From positions 17,484,001-17,548,000 of the forward strand of contig OX597822.1 of NCBI GenBank assembly GCA_951406725.2: a stretch of 64,000 nt of DNA. The letters are read 5' to 3'. Source of the stretch: Octopus vulgaris. Taxonomy: Eukaryota. Below the pieces are notes generated by a model. It saw only the letters and a list, made by a program, of their open reading frames with translations, was not told the origin of the DNA and searched no databases. A program made the position numbers and the translations under genes. Below, in pieces: positions 26,183 to 40,329 of the stretch (within the stretch, counting starts at the first letter, position 1; each line of letters starts with the position of its first letter).

Positions 26183-29100
26183 AACCACATGCATATAACA
26201 TATAAATATTCACTCATATTTAATTGAAAGGAATATGTAACAGTGCCATGTCCGTTGAAGTTTTTCCAGACAAGTGAGATTGACATTGATGACTGAGCTG
26301 CTTGTACTTGTAACAGTAGGGCCATCACAAACACTCTAAAAGAGGTTGAATTTGAGAGTACCAACAGAGCAGCCCTGATGTGGATCAGACGTGAGATATG
26401 TAAACAGCAATTCAAAAGAGCTGGAGTATTTTCTCAACCTTAGTCATTTGGGTGTACTTTTGTGAAGCTATGTGTGTCAGGATATCATGGAAAAATTATC
26501 AGATTGTGAGCAATTGTATTTGAAGCAATGATAGTGATGATATGTAACCTAGTAGTTAGGGCGTTGGGCTCATGATCATAATGTGCATTCGATTTCTAGA
26601 TTGCTTAGAATGTGTCCTTGAGCAAGAATTTATGCCAGCATGGAAAACGGACGTTAAACGATGATGATGATGTTAATGATAATTATTCCAGTCTACTCAA
26701 GGGGAATGTGCACCAGTCAAGTGCCAAAGCAATGCATTCTCTCCTTTCAGTTTTCACTTCCTGGATGCTTCACCGAGTCATAAAAGGAGGGCTGAGATGT
26801 TCATGTCTACTCACAAGGCAGCTAAAACAATTAGCAAAAGCATAACACATTCTACCAAGGTATATTTGCTTGCATGTACCAGCCGTTTTTCATTTTTTGT
26901 TAGTGATGATAAGATTTCAGTTGCATGCTGCCCAAAGTCCTCAAGAATGAGAGACCACTTGAACATGATCAAAGCCAAGTCTATAACAGATTTAGCTCTA
27001 TAAAAACCTTGGTCACTGAATAAATTCTGAAGTGTAATGTTTGAAGATTAAAGAAACACTGTAATTTAGTTGCAGCAATCAGGGAAGTTTATACAAGTAG
27101 GGGAAAAAATAGAATGGAAGAAGAAGAATTTCAGGGGACTTTTATTGTGTTTGCAATTGGAAAGAAAATGAACAGTAAATACACTGATTTTATCTGCAAG
27201 AGTGATGCTTCCAATAGGAAGATTCTACAAAAGCAGTACAGACTTTCTTGGTAAGAACCAGAGGCATTGGCTATGTTTTGAAAGATGAGAAAGCTTGCAA
27301 ACTATATGATACATCAAAACATCATTCGCTACACAGGCAGCTATCTTGTAAACATTCAAATGGTTAGCAAATGGCTTTCATGGTGTGATAGTGGATGACT
27401 TTCTCAAGGTCCTTGGTAATGTTCTTTTCTTACAAATTATTAATCTGAGGGTTGTGCACTAAATTATTCAAAGAATATAAAAGGTTATAACTATTATCAT
27501 TATCTGTTTGGCTGTAAGGTCACACAGAGAAACAGACATATAGTATTACATACTTAGTGCAGAGAAGACTTGTTAACACTGTTTAGTGTAATTCAAGCCA
27601 ATTTATTAAGTAATGTAAACTGATGTTTCAACTTTCACATCTTCAAGATACTGATCATATAGGAAGTGACTTAATCTTGAAACAAAATATCTTAAAAATC
27701 ATTCATTTGTTTTTGATGGTTGTTTATTAGGTCCATTAAAAATTTGAAGCTTAAAAGCTAACCAACATTTATTGCTTGTAATTTTATTGATAAATTGAAT
27801 CAAGTTAATGCCTAGAAGGTAAATTATTATTTTTCAATGATATTTGAATTAAGTATTTTCTCTTGACTTTTTAATAGTGACACAAAACTGAAAAACTACT
27901 TAAATGCTAATATAATAGTCATAAATATTTTGCAATAACAGAATTATAGAAAAGCCAATCATATAACTGAAGTATGAAATCAAACAATGAATACAAATTT
28001 CAAATGTGGAATTACCTGGAAATGTGTGAATGTCTGCCACTGACTTATTTAACAGCTAAATAATTTTACATAATTTTCAACTAATTTATCTAAAACCAAC
28101 AGCTAAGAATTGAAAAGAAATATCATGGAATAATCATTTAAAAATAAAAATAGAAGTCTTAAAATTAAAGAACATAATGACTTTGTTAATTAATAAACAG
28201 GGAATCAAAATTCCTTTAGCACACAAACACCTTGACACCAGAGTAAACATCTTCACGAACCATTGTGGGTGCTTCCAAGCCACCAGATTCTATGAAAGAA
28301 AAGGAAATCTTGCTATCAAAACCTTGTTCTGTACCTGGGACAGTCAGTTGGAAGTGAATGCCATACTACACTGGGTATGGACCAGCAAACTAGGCCAAGC
28401 CTACTATTCTCAGTTTTGATTGTGATTAATCTGTCATCTGACATGTGGCACACTGTGAGACCTATACAATGTTGATATATTCCTCCTCTATGGTACTACT
28501 TATATTACACATTAAAACAGAAAACTTTTCAGCAGTAATGTAACTTCCATATTTTAAACAGAATTCTTTTAAATTGAATAATCACTTTTAAACAATGAAG
28601 TGTATAGCCATACACCAGAAGCATGATAACAGAATTAACAATTGCTATTGGATGTATTCGCTACACATACAGTACTTCATAGCTGCAGGCGATTAAGTAT
28701 AAACATACATATATGTTAGTTGGCTGAAGGCTATCATATCCAGTATCTTCTTTTTTATAGGTTTGTTGTTGCATTAAGTTTTTCTTTTTATATTCAAGTA
28801 TAATGCTCCCTGCTACTCCCTATTCTGACCCTAATTTCATTTGTATCAAATTTTATACATTATAGGCAAGTAAGTACGGCAATTTGAATTAAGGTGTGAA
28901 ACTAAGATTTTAGAAATGTTTACTGAGAAATAATCAAGCGTTATCACTGTTTATATTAGTGAACATCTCATTGTGTTTACAGCAGTGAACAGCCATTGTG
29001 ACTTATTTCCTTGGTCATACATAGAGTAGATCTACCTCCTGCTATTTGTGGCTCATAGAGGTAATAATACAAGAAACTAAATTGCTAAAAGATCAATTAA

Positions 29101-30489
29101 ATGATAAATTTTCATCATTTCCAAATGTACTTTGCTATCATGAATTTAGAAAACCATGAGATGATACTACATTGTATCAGCTCTGAATAAAATAGCAATT
29201 TTAAACCTTCCCATATACATTTTCCCCACTGCCAACTCAAAGCAATTTTGTATCCAGTATTTCTTATCCATATAAATAGTTAATAGTGCTGTGTGGAAGC
29301 AAACTAAAAAATATTTTAGGCTCTCCTTCGCTGATAACACTGTCATGACCTCCATAATCATGGCCACTACCAACTCTCTTTATAATTATTCTATTGCTGA
29401 ACCCATGCTATGGAAACATACATGTCACTCAGTTAATGCTTAGCCATTTAAACTAGAGTCTCTTTAATCTAGCTTATACCAACACTAGATGACTGTTTAC
29501 AGTCTGATGAGATAGCATGTGCTTTTGATTAGATTAAAGCAAAAGAAATCAAAAGTCAATGTGGGAATCTTCTGATCGTCACAGAAGCATTCTCCAACTT
29601 TTATTTGGGATTTTAACCCTACAAAGTTTCTTTACTATAAAATTGTATGTTTTATACATAACTAGTCAATTCCTCACCTTTGGAAAGACTTCACCATCAG
29701 AGCCAATAGTTATTCCTAAATGAATCCATTGCAACTTTAATTCACTGTGCTTAGATGCAAATATTCATTGATGTGCACTACTTAACTGAGATTCTCTCTC
29801 ACACTGATCACAAGCTTCAGATAATCATTCTAGTTTACAAGTCAGGCTGAATACTAACTTAAATATTGATGCATTAGATACTTCATTTACCTGCAATCAA
29901 CTAGTTTAATGTTCAGAATGTGGTTAAGGCAAAACAAATCTTTATTCTGACAGGTATAAATCATCTACATAAATGCAATGCGTTACATATGTATATACAT
30001 TGAAAGATGAAATTGTATGATGCTCAAATCTGTTTCAAGCATATTAGAGATATTTGTGTACAAAATAATTACTAAGAAGAATCAAAATTGGAGTGCAGAA
30101 TTGGCTGGTGAAGCGCAATTATTTCTTATGCTGAGTAGATGAAGAATCTTTTATCAACGTCATTTCCAACTTATATCTAATGGCTGTCGGTTTTATGGTA
30201 ATTTAAAAATATACACATCTTGATATACCCATGCCACTCATCCGATCCTTTGGTGCCTTTAGTAAAGTTTCCTCTGTTGTATGCATAAAAATCAGAATGC
30301 TTAGCCCTCCTCAAACCATTTTTTTTCTGTACTGAATGCATCAACCAGACCAATAAGGAAGGGCCTGAAAAGATTAAGAGCACTGTCTTTCCTTTCCCCG
30401 ATTAACTTACAACAAAATACACACAGTCACATACAATTAAAGAAGTGAAGATTAAACATATCAGGAAAAATGACACCAAATTATCTGCA

Positions 30490-31098
30490 GCATGTGCATC
30501 ATCGAAAATGGAAATGCAAAGATCCTATGGGATTTTATGATTCAGTGCGACTATGAGATAGAGAATAGGAAGCTGGACATAGTCTTAATTGAGAAAGGAA
30601 ACAGACTATGCTGGATCATAGATATAGCATGCCCAGCTGACAACAAGGTATGTGATAAGGAAGAAAAAAAAGTTGAGAGATATGACAGGTTGAATTGAGA
30701 AGTTAAACAGTTGTGGTCAATGAAAACGGTAGCAGTAGTACCAATAATTGTCAGAGTCCTGGGAACTGAGCAAAAATCTTGAGAAGTATGTGGAACAAAT
30801 AACAGCTGCAATAAGGGTGGAGCACTTGCAACGAGGAGAGTAGACATAATACCAATAGTAACTGGGGCACTCAGAAATATTAGCACTCAACTACCAACAT
30901 GGTTCAAAAAAAGACTGGTACAAATATAAAGAAAGAACACCTACAAAGAACAGCATTGCTTGGAACTGGAAGAATTCTTTGCAGAGTTCTTGAAGCATGA
31001 CCAATAAAGAAGTGTCACCTTAGTCTGCTGGCTATGGACAGCATACACTTTCCATCATACCCAGCAAAATAATCTGAGAGTTTTCCTCAAATAATAAT
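30490..31098 (+). mobile_element. 3' end of an RLE-type non-LTR retrotransposon (R4/Dong-like), decayed
   Basis: ENGNAKILWDFMIQCD...RKLDIVLIEK...CWIIDIACPAD...KEEKKVERY..L...VVPIIV...LQRTALLGTGRILCRVLEA* is the PD-(D/E)xK restriction-like endonuclease pattern typical of R4/Dong. A short 3'UTR ends in AATAATAAT. Confidence 0.85.
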
Positions 31099-31290
31099 CC
31101 TTTCTACTGGAGGCACAACGCCTCAAATTTGTGGGGAAGTGACAAGTCGATTATATTACTTAATTTATTGAACCCTAAAGGAAGAAAGACAAAAGTGACC
31201 TCGGCAGAATTTGAACACAAAACATAGCAATGGGAGAAATACTGCTAAGCATTTCATTCAGCATACTAACAATTCTGCCAGCTCGCTGCC
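31099..31290 (-). mobile_element. Family-B SINE (internally deleted); a partial plus-strand copy follows at ~31313-31395
   Basis: Matches 9625-9838 (GGCACAA.GCCT.AAATTTG, AAGTCGATTA, CCTCGGCAGAATTTGAAC, CTAACAATTCTGCCAGCTCGC). Confidence 0.8.
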
Positions 31291-32642
31291 TTAATAGGGT
31301 TAGGGTTGGGTCTATAAGTACCTGTTGAGCACTGGGGTCAATGTAATCAGCTTACCAACTCCTGCAAATTTGCTGGCCTTGTGCCAAAATTTAAACGCAT
31401 TATTACTTAGTTACTTTCCTAAGGATTAGGTTGATGTATTGAACTATAACACTTGAATTAAGGAAATTTCTTAGCTCGCGACATTAACTACAAATCATTA
31501 CTTTGCATGTAATAAATCAGCAAAGAATCCCACTTGATGCAAAAATTAGAATATCTTAATAGACTGCTTTTACTGAAGACAGTCTTATCCTGAAGTATTG
31601 TTGCATATTCATTTACACAGCTCAATGAGCTCAAATCCATATTTTTAGCTTTTCTGCTCCATGTATTCTGCACTCTGAATATGAAAAAAAGTAGAAACCT
31701 CTTGCAAATTCAAGAACTATATTTATGCACTCATTCAAAAGAAAACTATTTTGAGTGATGTAACTACATATACAAAAATTTAAACCTTATCTAATTAAAG
31801 TTGGTGAACCTTTCAATTAAAATAACATGCTTCTTTGTTTATATTTTTCCATTTTCTTTTTTCAATTCAGTGAAGCAAAAGGTATCCTTGGATATCATAT
31901 AAATAATGTTTCAAATTGATTTAAATGCAATTTTCTTTCCAAATAAATCAAAGATAGAATATATCTTCAAGAATTCATTTTATTTTTTAATGGAAACTCA
32001 TTCAAGGGAGAAAAATGTAATAAAAATATTCATATGTTTTAACAATCATGAACGCATTTCTAAAATATTTTCTTCCATTAGTGCAACAAAATAATTCCTG
32101 GATTCATTTTTATCCTATTCTATGTTAGCTTATAATTTTCAAATTTCATCAATATTTTTCAATTTTGTATTTTATTTGGAATAAAGATTTAAAATTGCCT
32201 ATTTTCAGTACAGTTCTCCCCACCCAATACCTTCTGCATTTTTCATTTTTTTTTTGTGTGTGTGTATTTGTTTACTTTGTTATATAGCCACTGATTTTCG
32301 TCTGAGTAATTTTATGATTTGTGTGAAACTAGCTGCTAATCAGACATACTATAGCTCATATTATCAAGCAATTTGTGAAAGAAAACAATAACAGGAAATA
32401 CTCATACTTTCAAACAAATTGAAGTGCATCAGTTGTATGTGGTAGATTTCCCTTATTTCATACAACTACACACACACACAAACAAAACAAACTGCACATA
32501 TACATACATAGAAAAAACCATGTTGTTGATGTTGAAATTCCAATGAAGAAGCCTTGGATCAAGGTTAGAAACCGGCTCCTACATTAACAAGAAATCTTGA
32601 AATAAAACTGAATAATGACATACATTTACAAATGAATGACTA

Positions 32643-32743
<101 letters not shown>

Positions 32744-32789
32744 CAATACACACACACTCACACAGGCCTAGAGTGATGTGTGTGTGTGT

Positions 32790-34072
32790 GTGTTAGCCAG
32801 ATTGACTACATTCTCATCAGAAAGTGTGATTCATGGTTGCTCATAAAGACAAAGACCTTCCCTGGTGAAGCATGTACCCCTCAGCATAGATTAAACATTA
32901 GTGATTTCAGACTACAGGCAAGAAGGATTCCATGAACCAAGCCAGTTTGGAAAAGAAGGACCTAGAAGCTTAAGGATTCTCTGAATAGTCAAAGATTTAG
33001 AGACGTCCCTAATTGAAGCATTTAAGGAAAAAGAGGAAGAATTAAAGAAATGTACCATAGAGGATAAGTGGAAGTTCCAACAAGACAACTTATTGAAAGC
33101 CACAGACAAAATTTGTGTCTGGTGCAAAGTCTCAACTAGACCTAGGGTGACATGGTGGTGGAACAGAGTAGTTGACAGGGCCATTAGAGCAAAGAAGCAG
33201 GAGTGGAAGAGTGGCAGTAGCAATGAACTGTATCAGGTAGCATGAAGGGAAGCTAGGAGGCAGGTATACTCAGCCAGGAGGGAAGCAGAGAGGAAGAAGT
33301 TAGCCAATGGTCTGCAGCATGAGAACCAGCAGCTTGATATGTTTAGGCTTGCACGACAGTGTGCCAGGGAAAACTGTGATGTTGTTAGAGAGAATACACT
33401 TCTTCGCATGGATGATGGTTCACTTGCAGTTAAGACTCTATAAAGAAAGAGGTTTGGAAGTCCATTATGAAAGGCTGCTGAATGCAGAGGGCTCTTGAGA
33501 GAAGGAGATTCTGTCTAAGGTGAATCTAACACAGGGATCTGCTATGTGAATAGACAGTAGCTTGCTACATAAAGCCATGAAAGATATGAAGACAAGAAAA
33601 GTCCATGGCCCATCTGGAATCACTGCTGAGATGCTTAAAATATCTGGTGAGGTGGGTTATGGTCTCATCACTTGTATAGTTAATCAGTTTGTACACAAGG
33701 GAGTCATACCCTATGACTGGTGTAGCAGCAACATAATCAACTGCCACAAAGGCAAACGTGATGCTTTAGACAGAAATACTTACAGAGGTATCAAGTTGCT
33801 GGATCAGGTGATGAAAGTTACAGAGATTGTAGCCTAATTAATTAGGGAGAGAGTTAGGCTAGATGAGATGCAATTTTGTTTTGTGCCAGGGAGAAGCATC
33901 AATGATGCTATATTCCAGGTAAGGCAGCTGCAGAAGTACCTAACCAAAAATAAACCTCTATGCTCAGCTTTTATTCACATGGTGATGGCCTTTGACAGAG
34001 TCTCCCACTCCCTAATCTGGTAGTCATTGCAGAAACCAGGGATAGAGGAGCGGCTGGTGAGAGCTGTACAAG
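32790..34072 (+). mobile_element. Decayed RTE-clade LINE, end of AP-endonuclease through N-terminal RT domain
   Basis: QIDYILIRK, FPGEACTPQHRL, GPSGITAEMLK, IPYDWCSSNIINCHKGKRDALDRNTYRGIKLL, QFCFVPGRSINDAIF and AFDRV motifs, with multiple stops. Confidence 0.9.
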
Positions 34073-34129
34073 CATGGGTAAGTGGACATTAAAAGGATGA
34101 TGATGATGAAGATATATCAAAAACAACAC

Positions 34130-35008
34130 CATCCGAATGTGATTGATGCCAGTGCCACCTGAATGGCTCCTGTGCCAGTGGCACATAAAAAAACACCCAC
34201 TACACTCTGGTGGTTGGCATTAGGAAGGGCATCCAGCTGCAGAAACCTTGCCAGATCAGATTGGAGCCTGGTGCAGCCTATTGGCTTGTCAGTCCTCAGT
34301 TAAACCTTCCAATATATGCCAGCATGGAAAGCAGACATTAAACAATTGTGATGATGATGATATCTATTGTCTTCAGCAGCACATCTATTTCTGCCCTCAT
34401 TCTCAATCTTACACACACGCTCTCTCTCTCTCCCCTCTCTTCTTGCTCTTCTTTCCAGCTAGGTAACCATCTATCTCCTTTACAGCAGTACACCTGTTCC
34501 TGTCCTCTTTCTTGCTATCTCTCTCTCTCTCTCTCTCTCTGACCGAGTAACCATGTATCTCTTCTACAGCTAGACACCTGTTTCTGTTTTACAACCACAC
34601 TCTAACCATTCATCATCTGACACAAGATCACCTCCTTCAAATCCCCCTCCCCTCTCAAAGATTCCTTGTCTTGCAAAGTTACCAGGAGACCTTGCCAGTG
34701 CTGGTGCCAATTAAAAAGCATCTAGTCCAAACCATAAGGTGGTTGGCATTAGGAAGGGCATTCAGCTGTAAAAACCATGCAAAACAGACACCGAAGTATG
34801 GTGCAGACTGTCAAAACCATCCAATCCATGCCAGCATGGAAGGAGGACATTAAACGATGATGATGATGATGATGATGATTATGATATATATATATCATCA
34901 TCATCTTCATCATCATCATCACCATAGTTTAACATCCGTATTCCATGCTGGCATGGGTTGGACAGTTTGACTGGGGACTGGCAAGCCAGGAGGCTGCACC
35001 ACGCTCCA
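34130..35008. mobile_element. Cluster of RTE-type 3' tail elements ending in (ATG)n: + copies ~34130-34360 and ~34665-34880, - copy ~34896-35008
   Basis: Shared motifs GGTTGGCATTAGGAAGGGCAT.CAGCTG and CCATGCCAGCATGGAA...TTAAAC(GAT)n. Confidence 0.8.
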
Positions 35009-37038
35009 AGAACTATTTACAAATTCATGTGACCTTAGGAATTTTACAGTTTCTAGCTTTTTGTTTCTGCTAGGAAATGAAAGTGGGTAAGTAGTTTACT
35101 ACATCACTGCTTTTGATTGAGTATATAGTCTGTCAACAAAAAACCTCAAACAACCACTTCTGACGAACTGAACACTCATTTTCCTGATGCAATATACTTG
35201 GAACAGCAGTTAAAAGCTCATGTGATCATCTAAATAGTATGCTGAATGATTTGGTTCAGCCATATCTATGTTGTATAATTACTTTCGGTTAATCCCTGAG
35301 ATTTAACTTTCAAAGATCAGATCTACAAACCTTGGCCATGGTAGTTTTGACCTCACATTTTTCTGACAATCTTATTTTACTCTATCTCTAATAATCTGCC
35401 TTTATAGTCTATGTTTACCTAGTATCATTCTTTTGATATGGACATTTACTCTATAAGTAAAAGATAAAAGTTTGACATCATATATAAGTAGGAATCCGCT
35501 AAACTTCTTACAGTCTTTGAACTCCAGAAACTCCAGACTATGGTATCACTACCTTCTCATATTCCTAATTAGATTACTCCCTTAATTGAACATAGATTTC
35601 AACAAATTAGAATAGTAATCTATAACTTTTCTATATTGTGTACAGACTGAATTTGAAAATGAAAGTAGGTCTACAAATAACTTTTATAGAACCTTGGTCC
35701 TGCATTCCACCTAATTTGAATAATACTTTGCCCTTATCTTAAACACTTATGAGCTCACAATACACAAAAAGATGTCAAATTGCCAGCATGATTATTACAT
35801 GGGAAACACTCAAACCCTCATTTTTTCTTTTTCTTTCTCCTATTATCCCGCTTAAAATTTATTTGCTGCAATTTCTTTCACTTATTTTACAGTATGATAA
35901 TAAATCTGAAATTTCAATAGTAAAAAAAAAGCTATCAATAGGCAATTTTAAACAATCAGTAAATCATATGGAAAATGTCAAAACTTGGTTGCAAAACAGC
36001 TTTTTTTAACAATAATATTAAATATATATTTCCATAGTACATAAACTGTTCAAGCAGGTTATTTTTATTTAAACATCTAAATGATTGCAAAATAATCCAG
36101 TCTGAATATATTGTATAGATAAAATTGCCTCCACTGCATATGAATGAGCATAAGATTATATTATCAAGAAATATGTAATAATTAATTCTGTGATCTCAAC
36201 ACTGAAAACATTTCCTTTATAGCTAAAGTAGTAAATCATATTTTCATGGACATTTCTCACTGTAATGCAAATATAGTACGAATCTTAGCTTAAATATATT
36301 TGCAGAAAGTAATATCCAATACGATGAGAATTAAAGCTTTATCATTATTTTAACATATTCATTCAAGTCTCTGGTTCACTGCATGTTATATGATCATTAT
36401 AAACTTAATTTCGTAATTCAATTAAGTTTTTATTTGAGTGTATTATGAGGCACATCAGCCTAACTTTATTGCTTTATTTCTAATTTTTAACAGTTTTCTG
36501 TTTACAAATAAAATTACTTTTTTAATAATTTTGTTAACACAAGAAATAATATTTTGATATCTAGTTTGTTACTGATAAGTATCCACGACAAAGTTTATTA
36601 GGAGTCCTTCTTTGAAGTCCAGATAAGATTTTAAATAAAAACAAACATTGTCTATTTTATATGTCTGTATCTATAACTGTCTATGTTGTATATATCTGTA
36701 TGTATGTAAGTTATGTGTAAAATTTCATCTAGAATATACAATCCTTTAATTAATAAAATATGTTTAAGAAGATACAATGTACCTGTTGCTATTTGAAAAC
36801 ACAGAAGGTAACAGCAATTTTAGATATATCAACTAATGTGCAAAGCAAGAGAAAAAGGGAATGGAACTGTGTCACCTCTTGGATTTACAAAAAAAAAAAC
36901 CTATTAATACAAGGTCAGCAACTTAAGATAAATTATTTATATTTACTGTAGAAAAAAAAAAAATTAAAATCTGAAGGGTAATATTCTTAATATAAGCTGT
37001 CTTTATAACACTATAAAAAAAAGACAAAAAATAAAAGT

Positions 37039-37392
37039 TAGGAGTGGCTGTGTGGTAAGTAGCTTGCTTACCAACCACATGGTTCCGGGTTCAGTCCCAC
37101 TGCGTGGCATCTTGGGCAAGTGTCTTCTACTATAGCCTCGGGCCGACCAAAGCCTTGTGAGTGGATTTGGTAGACGGAAACTGAAAGAAGGCCGTCGTAT
37201 ATATGCATATATATATATATATGTGTGCGTGTATGTCCCCGTCACTTAGCGGTTCGGCAAAAGAGACCGATAGAATAAGTACTGGGCTTACAAAGAATAA
37301 GTCCCAGGGTCGAGTTGCTCGACTAAAGGCGGTGCTCCAGCATGGCCACAGTCAACTGACTGAAACAAGTAAAAGAGTAAAGAGTAAAGAGT
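37039..37392 (+). mobile_element. Young family-A tRNA-derived SINE
   Basis: AGGAGTGGCTGTGTGGTAAG...GGTTCAGTCCCACTGCGTGGCA...; CpGs are retained; tail is (AAAGAGT)n; it lacks ~35 bp after the internal microsatellite relative to the 62022 copy. Confidence 0.92.
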
Positions 37393-39529
37393 ATGCAAAA
37401 AGAAGCAAAATATTGATCCTGCATAGAAAGGTGAATTTGATGAGAAAGAGCAAATAAAAAAAAAGGGGAGATTTCAATAATCCTCTTGTATCAGCTGATG
37501 ATTCCATCTTATCTACTTATCTAGAATTTTACAACATACTACCTAGTTGTAGCAATGAAGACATAAATATATTTCCAAGGAATAGTATGGTTTTAAATTT
37601 TATAATTTTTATATCTGTTATTATGATACCTAACACAAGTAATATAATATTTTAGCAGTGTTTACGAGTCATTTAAGTAGTCCATAGTTGATACGTTGTG
37701 GCTTTCTTTGCTGGAAAAGCTGGAAAAGACTAGCCTTAAACACTTCATTAAGTGATAGGATTTGGTTAATTATTGCAATCTGAAGGGTTATATACAAATA
37801 AAATAAGTACTTGTAAGGTGGGAAAAAAATTACCTATAATTTTGATTGAGTAATATTTTTCACCAGAAATTTAGCATAGCTTGTACAATATTTCTAAGAC
37901 TTTTAGTACAGTCAATTAGGTGCTTACTTGCATTGCAAAGACAGCTTATGATATTTCAGTTTTATTGCTGACTGCATTTAATTCTCTTAATCTGTACTCA
38001 GAAAATTTCAAGAGGCTTCATCTCTGCCTTATAGTATTTCTATTTTATCAAATATTCAAGCCAAATAAGCCAAATGTGGACTTTTAGAGTTAATAATATG
38101 TTTTACATGAACTTAACCAGTCTGCATAATTCAGTTTGCTGTGTAATATTTTAATGTCATTTTCACTGAAAGGTTGAATAGCATCATTTGCAAAACTTGT
38201 AACATTATCCATGATACTTGTGTAAATCTTGAGTTGTGATTAAAGACCGAGAAATAAGAGAAATGGGAGAAAAGGAAACCAGAGGTGAGACTAACAAAGA
38301 AAAAGCTGATGGAGAGAAGAGAAAGAAAGGAAAAAGAAGAGAGTTATAACAAACCCAAGGTCTTCTGTGAGAATCAGCTTACTTACCTAAAAATAAAGAG
38401 ATAAAATTTTATCAACATCTTTTTCAAACCTGGAAAGATTTAGAGATGAATGCAATTCAAATATGTAACTTAACATGAAAGCAAATTAATTTACATGGAT
38501 GCTGACTAGCTAAGAAAATGTGAGTATTTTGTTCATTTAAGAAATAATTAATCAGGTATCATTATCAGCAAATGAAGAGACATTTGTATTTCAATAATGT
38601 AAGCAAACCTATTTGAAAAGAGGTAATAATGAATTATATAATTAACAGAAGTATAAAAGATAAAACAATTTCTTTTCCAGGAAATGGAATTAAGAAAATG
38701 AGGTGAAAATTTAAATTTATTGAAAATTCATGTTGTAGTTTAAATTTAACATTCTTTATCTAAAAACATAATTCTATGGAAATATCTCAGAAACAAGACA
38801 TTGATGCACACTATTATTTATGGTATTCAAAAGTCACAATGATCTTAATTGAACATATTTTTCCATGCAAACTTCATAGATTAATTTTTTTCAGTACAAA
38901 GGCGAGGCTAATATTATTTTGACACTAAATCATTGTCAATGTTTTAATTAATATGGTAATAAATTCAAGAACTGAAGTTAATTATTTAAATATTTGTGCA
39001 AATAATTATTTTAAATATATAAATATAAAATACTAAGTAAATACATGCCAAATGCTTAAGGAGCTTGCTTTGTAACCAGATGCTTTCAAGTTCAATTCTA
39101 CAACACAATATGCTATTTCTATAGCATCAGGGTTGACCAATACTTTGTAAATGAAATATAGGCAACAGAAACTTCTCATCATACATACATATATATGTAT
39201 GCATGTATATGGTCGGTCGGTAGGTAGGAGGGTGGGTAGATGGATGGATGGATGGATAGATAGATATAGATATGTACTTATATAATAAACACTTTCATCA
39301 TAATACATTTCTCTACTTTTCTATGCTTGCTTGAAACAAATGTACTTGCACTGAGGCAGAGTTTTTCTAGTCATCAGGTCTTTCTGGTGCCAATCCTTGC
39401 CTGTTTCCGAGCAAAAATATACATGCCCATGTGTGTGTGTACATACACATATATACGTATGTATGTAGATACATGTGTATGCAAAAATATATACATATGT
39501 GCATATCTTTAAGTGTTTACATTTATGCA

Positions 39530-40240
39530 ACCAACAATTTTTAGACTGGTGCATCTCTGACCCCAAATGGTGTACCCAATGCAAGCTATGGATACAAGAT
39601 GTGACAGTTGTACAGGAAGGTTAAGAGAGAAAGTTGTATTTGTGTGATGCAGACATGCAGGTACAGTAAACGCAAGGAATGTACAGAAGATAGACTCACT
39701 CAAACGTCCAGGGGTAAGGTGGGGTAGATACTTAGAAGAAGTAGATAGTTTCATTTATTTAGGTGACCAAGTTAGCAGTGGAAGAGGAAGCTATGAAAGC
39801 ATTGTTGCTAGAATAAGAATGGGCTGGGCAAAGTTTGGAGTGAAAGGCAGATTGTATGATGCTTGTGTGTGAACAGCCATGCAACATGGCAGTGAAACAT
39901 GAGCCATGACTACAGAGGACATGTGAAGGCTTGAAAGAAATGAAGCCAGCATACTCCACTGTACAACTTAATGCAAATGATTTAAGAGAAAAATTGAGTA
40001 TAAGAAGCATCAGTTGTAGTGTGCAAAAGAGAAACTGCACTTGTATGGTTATATGATGCATATGAGTGAGGACAGCAGCATGAAGAAGTGATGACATCTA
40101 ATTGTGGAGGGAACTTGTAGAAGAGACAGACCCGGGAAGACATGGGGGGAAAATGGTAAGAAAAGGATCTTCAGAAGATGGACCTCATTGAGAAAATGAC
40201 AAGGAACCAAGACTTCTGCGATTTGCTGAGAAGACATGTC
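39530..40240 (+). mobile_element. Decayed RTE-clade LINE, C-terminal part
   Basis: VDSFIYLGDQVSSGRGSYESIVARIRMGWAKF, VKGRLYDACV*TAMQHGSET, LREKLSIRSI and RDRPGKTW motifs. Confidence 0.85.
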
Positions 40241-40329
40241 AAGCTAAAATCATGTCCATCCATACATAGAAGCATGTCCTTAATGGTCATGCCCCACATT
40301 ACTTCTCTCAACCAAGAGGTCTTGTGAGC

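Noticed and set aside
30229-30364. Possible minus-strand exon (acceptor CTTAATCTTTTCAG; PFLIGLVDAFSTEKK faintly kinase-like)
   Set aside because: That frame stops after about 20 codons, the donor is weak and no partner exons were found.
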